Below, piece by piece: positions 49,800 through 60,808 of a stretch of 64,000 nt of DNA. Both the position numbers and the translations under genes were made by a program. The stretch is taken from the NCBI RefSeq assembly GCF_009834535.1, contig NC_045696.1:85996001-86060000 (forward strand), written 5' to 3'. The stretch comes from Camelus ferus (lineage: Eukaryota). The notes below the pieces were generated by a model. The model did no database searches. It was not told the origin of the DNA and saw only the letters and a program-made list of their open reading frames with translations. Numbering within the stretch: the stretch's first letter is position 1; each line of letters begins with the position of its first letter.

Positions 49800-50050
49800 A
49801 TGCCTTGGAGAACAGTGATAATGTCACTCTCTAGGGCAGAGGGTAAATTTATTTGCAGGCCAGGATGATAAAGATAATGTCTTCCCCCAGGCAAGATTGC
49901 CCAGGTTTGCTAGCACACTGTTTAAAAGACTGGGAATTTCCTAATCTTGGGTGTCACACAAAGCTAAGGAGGATGCGGTATCCATCTGGGCCAAGCCTCT
50001 GTTGGACCTGTGGGTCAAGGGGAACCAGTGCAGCCAACTGAGGATCATGT
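49800..50050 (+). mobile_element. ERV1 LTR fragment (MER34/MER39-group-like)
   Basis: gataaagataatgtcttcccc...tttaaaagactgggaatttcctaatctt...aggggaaccagtgca. Confidence 0.55.
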
Positions 50051-50072
50051 AGTTGTGTAGTATTAACTCCTT

Positions 50073-50137
50073 TTGAAAAAAATCCACATATAAAGAGACT
50101 TGCGCAGTTCAAACCTGTGTTGTTCAAGGGTCAACTG
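50073..50137 (+). mobile_element. Tigger2/MER8-type terminal fragment
   Basis: gaaaaaaatccacatataa...gcgcagttcaaacctgtgttgttcaagggtcaactg followed by TA. Confidence 0.85.
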
Positions 50138-51789
50138 TAAAATGTTTGTGTCAAAGGATAACAACTAACGCCTAAGAATGTTGTATCTTACTCAGTTTAA
50201 ATCATTGTTAACTAACATTGTGCCTGAACACACTAGGAATTAAAATAAGCAAAGCAAATCAACCATAACAACAAAATGCTTTGAATGAGCAAATGAACTA
50301 GAATCCAGGTATTTTGTATCTATTTCAATTGCTCTCCTACTGTTCAATTAATGCTAGTTAGATTTAATAGAACAGAATTCAATTATTTTAGTAACTTCAA
50401 TACTCAGGAAATATCTATCATTATTTCTCTGAACGCGTTCATTCAGATTGCATGTTGATGGTGGATTCTTAGTTCACTTTGTATGCAAAGAACTGCGTAA
50501 CTGGAACATTTTCTATTTTGAAAAGCAGCACAAAAATAGTTGTCTGAAATTTTTCTTTGCATATAAAATGAACAAAATATGAATCCTCTTATGTCTTAAA
50601 TATAATCATATCAAAAATTAAACGAATCATTTTTTATTTTTAACATATGTACCCAGAAGTGTCTGTCTTTTCACACAGTATCAAAATGAGTAAAACCTCT
50701 CAAGACCTTCCTTTTACCACTTTGTCTTTTTACACTTTTGCAGTGAAAGTGAAATTGAATAGGAATTATGTTCCTGTCATATGTGATTCAAAGTGAAAGT
50801 AAACTCTCCAAATGAATATGTCTGAGAAATAAGTAGGCACACAAGACTAGACACAAGAAGAAAACAGAGCGTGGAAGGGAAACTAGATATAATACTTAAA
50901 CAATGTGATTTCATAAAAACCAGTGAAAGAGTGAGACAGTAAGAATCTATATTGAATCATAAACACTTGCAAGGAACAGTGAAAATACTGATGAGAATTA
51001 CAAAGGAGGTTAGTGAAGAGAGAAATGAGGCCTGTACAGAAAAATGAGTTTTTTCCTTGCGAAATGAATTGGGTTATGCAAGGAGGTTGTCACTTCATAT
51101 ATTAGAACACTGGTGAATGAGTCATCTCTTTGCTAACTCCGAAGGGCCACAGATAGCAAACCTTAGAATGAAAAGGAGTAAAGATAAAGACCAGGAGAAA
51201 AAGAAGGAAGAAGAGGAAGTGGAGCAGGGGCCTTCCTCTCAGAACTTCACCAGACCCCTCGGGAATGTGAAATAGCCCTGGGAATCTTACAGCAAATCAG
51301 AAGCTGCAGCTTCGTTGCAGAGCCCGGAACTGTTTAGGGAAAACAATTGCAAATGACATAAATGAGTAAGGAGTAAATAATGATACGATATTTTTTAAAT
51401 GTCATCAACAGGTGAAGTCTAGAAAGACAAAAGATACAAGGCTGCTGCCAGGAATGAGGTCTCCTAAGAGCCTGTTTCTCCAAGATGTTATTATGGTTGC
51501 TTTCTGCTTGAGAGTGAATCTAGCCTAGTGTACTAGGATCTACCTGCCTAGAAACCTGCTTTCCAAACACACACATAGTGTGAAGAAGACTCAGCAAAAG
51601 GTAAGGAATATAATAATTATAATCAATGCCATTGTGTCTGTGCAAATCTTTTAGTAAATAAGTAGATGTTAAATATAAATAAGCATAGATAAATAATATC
51701 AAAGAAGTGCCTCCAATAATTTCATTACACAGAGATAACCATTAAATTTGAAAGCCCCCTTTCTTCCTCTCCAATAATTTTATTCCGAT

Positions 51790-52510
51790 TATATTCCAGG
51801 CACTAGGTGAGTCACTGAAGGTAAAATGATAGACATGATAGTTTATGCCCTTAAGGAGCACATATTTTATTAGGGAGAGAATGAGATAAAAATTAAGTAC
51901 AGAAACGGATTTTTAAAAAACAATAGATTATAATATATTATGAAAGACTGAATGTTGGTTAGGGATTATTAGTGATGCTGAGTAAAAGGTACTTTAAATG
52001 GGATGGTAGAGAAAGATTTCTCTGAGGTAGTGACCTCAGAGAATTTAGTGCTGAAGAGTTGGAAAATAACCAGCCATGTAAGGAACTACCAGGCAGAGTG
52101 AACACATGAGTAACTATAGCAAATAAAAAGAGAGTAGCACCAGATTAGGTTGGAGAGGGAGAAAGGGTACAAAATAAGGCAGTATCTGGTAGGCCATTCC
52201 TTACTGATTGATTGATTGATCAATCCTTCCAATTATTTAATATGTGTTTATTGAGTACCTATCATGTTCTAGGCCCTGGGGAATACTCTCTATGAAGTTT
52301 ACATCTTATGTGAGAGAAAGCAAATAATAAATAACAATAAATAAGAACAATATTTAGTAAAGTGAGAGATGAGAAATAAGATTTAGAGAGAAATAAAACA
52401 GTGGAAGGGAATAGGGAATAGCCCCAGGAGGGAACATTTGCAAATTGTATTGTATTGGCAGTCAGAGTCTGCATAGAATAGGCTTGTTTATTCCCTAAGT
52501 GACCTTTTGA
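51790..52510 (-). mobile_element. Two LINE-2 3' fragments
   Basis: ccaggcactagg...gcccttaaggagc...tctctgaggtagtgac; tttattgagtacctatcatgttctaggccctgggga. Confidence 0.75.
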
Positions 52511-52511
52511 C

Positions 52512-52830
52512 ATCAAAGGGTCAAAAAAAACCCGCCACCCTCAGATTCTGCTAATGCATCCATGAGGAAGCATATAACTCAGATACACCTGCACAGAGCA
52601 ACAATTACCTCACCTTTTTCCTGCCTCACAGCAATTTCCCTTGCACCTCTGACCACCCTATACTATTCACCCTTAAATATAACCATACCCCTCACCTTCA
52701 AGGAGGTGGTGAGATTTAGTCTCCCATCTTATTTGGCTGCCTTGTGATTAAACCTTTTTTCTTCTGCAAACCTTGGAGTTCTCAGAGTTCGGAGTGCTGC
52801 AGGTCATGCAAAGGAACCTCGTTCAGTAAT
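52512..52830 (+). mobile_element. ERV1 LTR 3' part (MER41-like), inserted in L2
   Basis: catataactcagatacacctgcacag...cccttaaatat...gagatttagtctcccatc...ttggctgccttgtgattaaacctttttt...gttcagtaat. Confidence 0.7.
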
Positions 52831-53249
52831 GAGACCAAGAGACTATTGCTGCCTTTAAAGATTAAAATTAAAAGATGTTGAAATGCCATATGACATCATT
52901 TATATGAGAATCTAAAAAATAACAATAATAATGACACAAATGAACTACTTACTATTTATAACTAAAATGATTGATTTCTTGAATATGTGTAAGCACATTT
53001 GACTGTCCTTTATGATTGGATTACTGCATTCTGTTGATTCTTATTTTGCAGTTGGCTTTATTTCTTTGATAACTATGTAAGTTTAAAAAGCTAAAGATCT
53101 AATCTATTCTTAGAAACAATAAGTAGTACATATATGTAAACTAAACAAAGTGCAGTATACTGTGTTTAAGTGCAATATAATGTGTATGTGCAGTCGAACT
53201 GTAATAATTCTACCTAATAAAACTGAAAAAGGAGGGGAAAAAATATTAA

Positions 53250-53520
53250 AGATGTTGGCTTGGACCATGGTAGCAATAGAGATGGAGAGAAAGGAACAGA
53301 TTTTTAAATATATTTTAAAAGAAGAAACTACTGAACATGTGATGGATTAGATGTAGGGCATGAGAAGTGGAAAATACTGAAGGATGACTCTTAGGTTTTT
53401 GCCTGGAAGAAATGAGTGTTTATCCAGACTGTGACCAAAATATGAGATGGAGAGACTAGCAAGGAAATAGGCTTTGTTTTAAGTGTAGTGTAGGAATGAA
53501 CTAAAAGCATGTTTTTCTTT
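53250..53520 (-). mobile_element. LINE-2 fragment
   Basis: ggcttggaccatggtagcaatagagatggagag...gatggattagatgtaggg...aaggatgactcttaggtttttgcctg. Confidence 0.8.
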
Positions 53521-54828
53521 AGCATTTACAGAATGATGTATACAAAAGTGAGTTGATTAGTCAACAAGATCCTGTCAACAACAATTTTTAAGCTCGTGTT
53601 TTGTGTCAGACACTATTAAAGTTTCTAAGGATAAGGGAGAACAAGTTAGAGAAGTTACATAATATCTTCGTGCCTCATTTTTCTCTTCTGTAAAACTAGG
53701 TTAAGAACGGTTTCTACTCTGTGGAGTTGTGGGGATTATATAAATAAATATGGACATTTTCCCATAGTAATTGTGTTTCTTAAAAAGTGATCACTATAGG
53801 ATAAAAATAAGAGCAAATTAAAGTTGGAACAAAACATTTGTTTAAATTTAAATTTGATAATATCGTAATTTTATGCAAACACTTGAAGACAATTCTTCCT
53901 GCAAAATAAAATGTTCCAGGGGAAGGGGGCTGGATAAGAAGAAATGGGATCCCATAAAACATAGTTTTGAAAGTTGAAGTTGACATCTATGATTTGCTAT
54001 TTGGCAAGTGGTGCTTAATCAGCTTGGCTCAAACATTCTGTTTCCTACCTTAAATTTAATTTCCCCAAGTAAGTGCATTAAATCTTTCATACTGAGATAT
54101 AAGAAAATAAAGGTAATCTACACTCCCAAGGAGAATCAGGTTAATTTAGCTATCAAAACTCAGTAATGTTATTCCACTGCTGTCAGATTCTATTTTGAAA
54201 ACTGTCAAATTTTCATACATCAGTGATCAGAAGAGACCCCCCAGTTTTGCTTCTCTGTTAAATGCAGGTGAATTAACTGTTTTTCTTTAGAATGCCTTTT
54301 TCCGCTTTGCAGCTGTCATGATTTTTTGTTGTTTTCCCAGTGAACAATTTACCGTTTTAAAGATGCTTCCTGCCGCCAATGTTGAAAGCAAAATTTATGG
54401 CTTCCACTATTTTTATTTTTCAGTAATGGGTTTATATGTTTTCATTAAAAAAGGGAACTTTCTGTTATTACCTACCATTGAAAAGCAGAATATTGACTTA
54501 ACAACTGTATAAATCCACCAAGGATCATTCTTCTTGGCAACACTATTGGTTGAATCGATAGGGTGGCTATAATGACTCACCATCTGTTTGTTGAGTGGAT
54601 TGGGGTTTCCTTTTACAACTCCCTAGGGAGCTTTTTAGAAACATGATTTCCATTATATTTTTCTTGATCTCTTGGACAATATTTTTTCCCTGGCCTCTTC
54701 TTCATCATCTGTGTTGTAGCTTTGATAGTATCTTCTTCAGAGAGACTTTCTTTGATCATTTTATCAAATTTTCTTCCTAGTACTCTCTATCTGTATACTT
54801 TGTTTATTCTTTCGCCAGCACTCATCAG

Positions 54829-55298
54829 TGTTGTGGGTCCAAAGGGCCAGTCCATGGGTGGTAAAATATTTTACCAGAGACAAAGCAAAGTGAAGGAAAA
54901 GTGTATTAGGGGTATGCTGCCACAGATAGTAGCAGGCCACACAGACGAGAGCTGCGTGTGTCGCTCATGGTGAAGGCTTAGAGTCTTTTATGTGGAAAGG
55001 GGTTGGTGAACCCTGGGGGCTGTGTGATCAGCTAGCGCACAAGTTTTTGACTGGTTGTACGTGAGGTAAGAAAGTCAGGGGCAGTGGGATTTATGACTCT
55101 GATAATGCGGAGATATGGACTGAAACAAGCCAGCCTAAATTATTGTGAGAGTAGGCATTATTAGTTGTGCTGGGGCAAACACACGTCAGGAAAGAAATGT
55201 ACTTTATCTTTAGAGGGAGTGCAGGCAGACATCTGAAAGCGCAGGAATGGGGTGGAGGGGTGTTCGTTGGACTTTGAAGGATGCCAGTTGGCCCCACA
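54829..55298 (-). mobile_element. Lineage-restricted solo LTR (470 bp) inserted into an L2 remnant
   Basis: Inverted termini tgttgtggg...ccccaca; flanks atcag (54824-54828) / atcat (55299-55303). More CpG and GC than the surroundings. L2 sequence resumes on both sides (~54600-54828, ~55300-55410). Confidence 0.8.
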
Positions 55299-55419
55299 AT
55301 CATAATTTCTAATTATCTTTTTATTTGCTTATTTTTCATTTTCTTATCTACTCCAATCAGTTATAAGTTCTACAAGATCACAGACTATATATGTCCATTC
55401 ACCTATTTAAGAAGTTGAT

Positions 55420-55942
55420 ACTGCCCAGGAAATGTTTCAACTAGCTCCCTGACTGCTACCTCTACAGCACTGTGGTGACCATGGTCACAAAGATTTCCAC
55501 CCACTTCACACAAATCCCTCATCAGGGGCCCATAGCCATCACCTTCCTTCTTATTATGAGTTTTCTTTAAAGCCCCTGTGAAGGATGTCTCTGGTAAGCC
55601 CTGTTAGTCTTCATGCATATGTAACCCCAAAGTGTGGAGAAGTTAATGCCTTTGAGGTTCTGAATCAATAGGAAGTGGGAGCTAAGGAATAAATACTTCT
55701 CCCTTGAATCCTCTATGTGGACAGTTTTGAAATGAATTTCATAAAACTCCTCAGAAGTCCTAAAAAACTGAGCATCCATTGCTACAGAGGCCAATTTGAT
55801 AATGCATCATTATACCAACTTTTCCTTCTTTTTTGTTTCATCCCCGGGCCTTCACTCCTGCTCCCTGGTGTTATATTCCCAAATAGTTTAACCTCATATA
55901 AGTCACTGTTTCAGGCTTTGCTTTCCAGGCTACCCTAAGGCA
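55420..55942 (+). mobile_element. ERVL LTR (LTR16-like)
   Basis: aagtgtggagaagttaatgcc...ttcactcctgctccctgg...tcccaaata...tcaggctttgctttccagg...ctaaggca. Confidence 0.75.
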
Positions 55943-56117
55943 GGCTATTTCAATTTAAATTTATTAAAATGAAATACAGTTAAAAATTAATTTATCAGTC
56001 CCACTAGCTGCATTTCTAATGCTCAGTGGCCCCATGTGGCTAGTGACTACTGTACCAGGAAGTGTAGGTGTAGAACATTTCCATTAAAGTAGAGGAGCCT
56101 ATTGGATAACACTAACT
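55943..56117 (+). mobile_element. MER3 (hAT-Charlie) fragment
   Basis: aattaaaaatt...cactagctgcatttctaatgctcagtggccccatgtggctagtgactact...agaacatttccatt...tattggataacact. Confidence 0.85.
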
Positions 56118-57522
56118 AGTCCACAGGCTAGTGTGCTGTGGAGCCTCGGAAGAGAAGGCACATCTTTGTAGGAATTAATCTACCTTTCTTGTTCAGAGAG
56201 AGGATTGATAAACCAGATGGTTTTTATGTGTGTGAGAGAATTTTCCTCATTGATTTATTTCTCTTAGATCATGTACTCTAATTTCCAGGATTTACCAATG
56301 TCCATGATTTATCAAATGACCATGTTATTGTGGGATTTCTTGGAAGATGTGAATAAGTTTTAAAAACAACAATGGCACATGAAAAATTGATGACAGTTTT
56401 TTTTTTTAAATCAAAAGCAAAGGTACTCACTGAAAACACAGGAGAAATATACCACTCCTATATTAAATAAATAATTTTCAATTTGTGCATCAAATGGAAT
56501 TTAAAGTCAATCTCATAGTGCAATTTAACATAAAAGGAAAGTACTGTTCAAGTTTAACCAAGTTAACTGGAATCATTAAACTAATTCTTGGCACTATTTA
56601 ATGTAATCAAGCATTTGTTCTCTTCCAGATCTAAATAGAATGCTCTTTGAAATATGTCTTGAAATTAGAATTCTGCTGGATAATTCTTGTGATAAAGCTG
56701 CTTTGGGGTTTCTTAGCAGTAATGGTATGCCGATGTCTCTTCTTGTATCACTTCAGGCATCAAATTTTTTGTTTGTTCTGATTAATTGTCCAAACTGGGA
56801 CTTCATTTCTGTCCTGGTGTCTGATTCCTCAAAATTCTCATAATGCTTACTTATTTTTCCGAGGCAGAAAATGTTTATTGGCTATACCAGTGTCCTTTTC
56901 TTCCTGTAGAGTCACAAATATTTTCGTAGATGACTTTAAATTTGCCTTTTAATAGTTTTTTCAAGTTATAAGATTTGTCATTCAGGCTTTTGTCACAACC
57001 AAAAAACTTTTACTAAATAGGAGAAACCATATTCCCAGTAAATATTTGAAGTATATTTATAACATGACTCCTCTCATCCTACTTGGTCCCCATATTTTGG
57101 TAGTTATTTTCTAATTAATATAAATATTTATCTGTGTGGACATAACCAAAGGATGTTTAGAGACAAGAATATACCTTCATATTTCATAAGCAGGAACTCA
57201 CAATTATATAATATTTTTATAATCGATAGTGCTATTTCTGATCCTTTTCACATTAAGAATATATAGCTTTTTAGTTTTGAGGACTTCATTATTTAATTCT
57301 GGTTATCATCCTTTGCTATACTTATTTTTCTCATTGCCTATTCTACTGTCTTAGAAAATAATGCAAACTCAGCCATTTTCAGTAGGTACAAGGAAAGCCT
57401 CTTCTTCATTCAACTAACAGAATCTGGTTCTCAACACACAGGATCACTCTGTAGCTATTTGTTAAGTCCTTATTTTTACTCAGCACTGGCCTAGTATCTC
57501 TTCCTGTTTCTCTCTGTTAGAT

Positions 57523-57565
<43 letters not shown>
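57523..57565. repeat. (GATA)10 microsatellite
   Basis: Ten perfect GATA units plus GAT. Confidence 0.98.
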
Positions 57566-59548
57566 GTAGGTGTCATATGTGAAGAAAGAAAATGTGTATG
57601 TGAAAATTATATGTATTTTTTATATTTATGTTTATTTAAACTGACCTCTGACCTTTATTCCAAGATACATGCCATATGGAATTATTGCATATTATGCCTT
57701 ATATTTTAGTGTAGTTTATTTTTGTGAGTTATATAGCCTTTATTTCATATAAAAATTACAAATATGATGCCCAGGGGCTTTCAGTGATTTGGTATGAAAT
57801 CACTGACCCTCTCTCCCACTGCACATAAACAGTTGGTTAGGACACTCTTTAAAGTCAAGAGCTAAAAAAAAAAAAGTCAAGAACTTTTTTCTCCCTTCCT
57901 TCTTTCCTTCTTTTCTTTCTCCTTAAATAATTACAACTTTATAAGAAATTTTCCTAGAAATAACACTGTAAGGAATTATCAGTGCTAAATTAATTTTAGA
58001 TAAAATGGCTGATATCCAAAAGCTTTTAAGCCTTTTGAAAATGTAAATATCTCTTTTTCAATGATCTAGTCACAAGGAAAAAATCATTGTTTCAAGAAAG
58101 GTCTTGAACCTCTTTGAGAATAAAAAGTCTGAATAAATGCGTATCTTTAAAAAAATTTAAAAATACACACACAGAAATCCCCTCCCCTTGGCAGAGGTGT
58201 AAGAGCATGAAGTTTAGAAACATACCATTTCTAGTTTCTACATGTTTTATCAGAGTCCCTAATGAAGTCAAAAAGCAAGAATTCCCCCAGTCTCTTCAGT
58301 GCGTATGAATTACTGTAGAAGTATGCCTAATTTTCATTCTCCTAAGATGGGAATTTTTTTATATTTAAAAATAAATTTTAATTTAAAGTAGAATCATTAC
58401 ATTAAAAGTTTCATCATCTGTATTAAAAGTAATCCTATGCAGTAAGTGATGATCAGTATGAAAAAGGAAAATTAATCTGCTGCCTCTGTGTTCAGCATCT
58501 GTATGAGAGATTTCCAAAATGATGGTCAGTGGCATACAATTAATGAATAGCATAGCGGTCAAAATATAATTATTTGCTATGAACTTGTAATTATAAAAGC
58601 TAAACATGAGCTCCACAGTTAAAATGGATCTGCCAAGACCCCCAAAAGATAAAATAATCAGTTTACCGAAAATAAATACTAATTACCAATAAATATACAA
58701 AGCATGTTCAGTGCATCCATGTTCAGCATGAAATAGTGGACAAAAGAACATAATTTAAGTATAACCATAGATTTGTGCAAATTAATGGAAGAATATTTGG
58801 CAAGAAAAGTAAAACAAAGTAACTTCATATCATCACTTTTGACTCATGTCATACCACATATACACATTCATTTTAAAGAAAATAATCAGAGAAGATCACA
58901 AAACTGTTTTAGGATATTTATTATACTAAAATTTATAATGAAACAAAAGTAATAAACATAAATTATCTACTTTAGAGAACTGAATTATCTTATTAGGTAA
59001 AATATTTCCATACAATAGACTTTTATAAAATTAAAACATATATTCTTATGAATCTAAAACTGTTCTAGAAACTAAACTATTGAGAACTATATTCTTAAAT
59101 TTATAAATCTGTAGACAGTTTCATAATATCACAAATATAGTGCACTGGAATGATTTGTTAAAGCATCTGGGAATGAATTATGGACCTGAAACTCCACCCA
59201 CTTTCCTATTTCAAGGTCTCTTTCCCTCCCTTCCTCCCTTCCTTTTATTGTTCCATCCGACTCTTAACCATTTTATTAGCATTGTTTATTATTCCAATGT
59301 TTCTTAAAATTATTTTTAAAAATCATATGTGCATTATACCAGTGTTAAATTCTTGCTTTTGATAAGTAGCCTATTATTATGTAAGATGTTAATTGGGAAA
59401 AATTGGATGATAGAGAAACTCTGTACTAATTTTGTAACTGTTCTATAATCCCCAAATTATCTTGAAATTTAATGTTATTTTAATATATTTCTTTTTATAG
59501 TTTTTATATTAAAGTAATTTTAGATACAAAAGTATACACACACCTGTG

Positions 59549-59855
59549 CAGTCCACCCTCGATATCCACGGGTTCTGCATGCTCAGAGTCAACCAACTGC
59601 ATATCAAAAATATTTGAAAAAAATCTTCCTGAAAGTTCCAAAAACCAAAATTTGAATTTACTGTGTGCTCTTAACTATTTACATCACCTTGACTTTGTAT
59701 TAGATATTATAAGTAATCTAGAGATGATTTAAGGTACACTAGAGAATGTGAGTGGGTTATATGGAAATACTGCACCATTTTGTGTGGGGCATCTGCAGAT
59801 TTGGTATCAGCAGGAGTCCTGGAACCAATGCCCTGTGGATGCCAAGGGAAGACTG
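59549..59855 (-). mobile_element. MER2/MER2B (TcMar-Tigger) element
   Basis: cagtccaccctcgatatccacgggttctgcat...ataagtaatctagagatgatttaa...cctggaaccaatgccctgtggatgccaagggaagactg then TA; both TIRs present. Confidence 0.92.
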
Positions 59856-60039
59856 TATATACTCTATCTCTGTGTAATATAACATACATAAACACAAAGT
59901 AAATAGAAAGCATATCTATTTCTTCAACTTTCTTATCTCTAGTGATCCTGCAATGCTCAAAAAGCAGCTTCAGCTCTCATTTATCTATCTATCCATCTCC
60001 CTATGTACCCTACCTGTCTGTCTATAAGTAAGGAGATAA

Positions 60040-60395
60040 TCCAAAGTTGCTTTTTTCACTGGACAATGTACTTTGTAAATCACTCCATATCATTATATAG
60101 ATGTATTTTCTATTTCATTCTCTGTGTATATAATACTTCATTTATGAATGTGCCACTGTTAATCCAGTCAATATCCTGCTGCATTTTTAAATTTTTTCTA
60201 ATATTTGTTATAAATAATGCCACAAAGTAAGTCTTATGTCAGTTCATATATTTTCCAATGTATGTTTAGGTGCCTAAAAGAATATCAAAGACTTAGTGAA
60301 TTGGTAATTGCTAGATGTGCCACATTTCCCTCTGAAAAGTTTGCACAGTTTTGCTATTTCCCCAGTATGCTATTTCCCCAAACTTTTTCAAAGGA
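60040..60395 (-). mobile_element. Old L1ME-like 3' fragment
   Basis: ttgttataaataatgccac...aattgctagatgtgccacatttccctctgaaaagtttgcacagttttgc...cccagtatg. Confidence 0.6.
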
Positions 60396-60402
60396 GTATG
60401 GA

Positions 60403-60540
60403 CAGTCATTTCCCAGTATCCTCAGGGGACTGGTTCTGAGGCTCCATGGATACCAAAATCTGTGGCTGCTCAAGTTCCCTTTATAAAATGTTGTAGTGCT
60501 GTTGGCCCTCTGTATCCAGGGCTGGTTTTGCATCCATCTA
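60403..60540 (+). mobile_element. MER2/Tigger-type fragment
   Basis: cagtcatttcccagtatcctcaggggactggttctgagg...gataccaaaatctgtggctgctcaagttccctttataaaatg...gttggccctctgtatcc. Confidence 0.8.
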
Positions 60541-60770
60541 TCATAGTATGTTCTGTAATCCACTTCTTTTGAGTCTTTTTCTGTTCTCTGCTATCTGAAC
60601 TTTCTCTTCCTTATCCTTAGTGATCTTGCCATGCTGAGCTGTGGCTCATTCTCCCAGGAGCTTTCCCTCTTTCTGGGAAGAAATATTTGTTGAATATCTC
60701 TGAGATTCTCAAAAGTTTAGGCAACCTCAGCACTGTTTTATCAATTCATGGCCACTTAGTACTAGCAGAC

Positions 60771-60808
60771 GTGTGTGTGTGTGTGTGTGTATGTGTGTGT
60801 GTGTGTGT
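60771..60808. repeat. (GT)n microsatellite, one interruption
   Basis: Directly visible. Confidence 0.97.

Noticed and set aside
51412..51600. 189-nt coding exon (caacag|...aaag|gtaagg)
   Set aside because: Weak pyrimidine tract and a stop in the longest frame; kept only as a possible non-coding donor.
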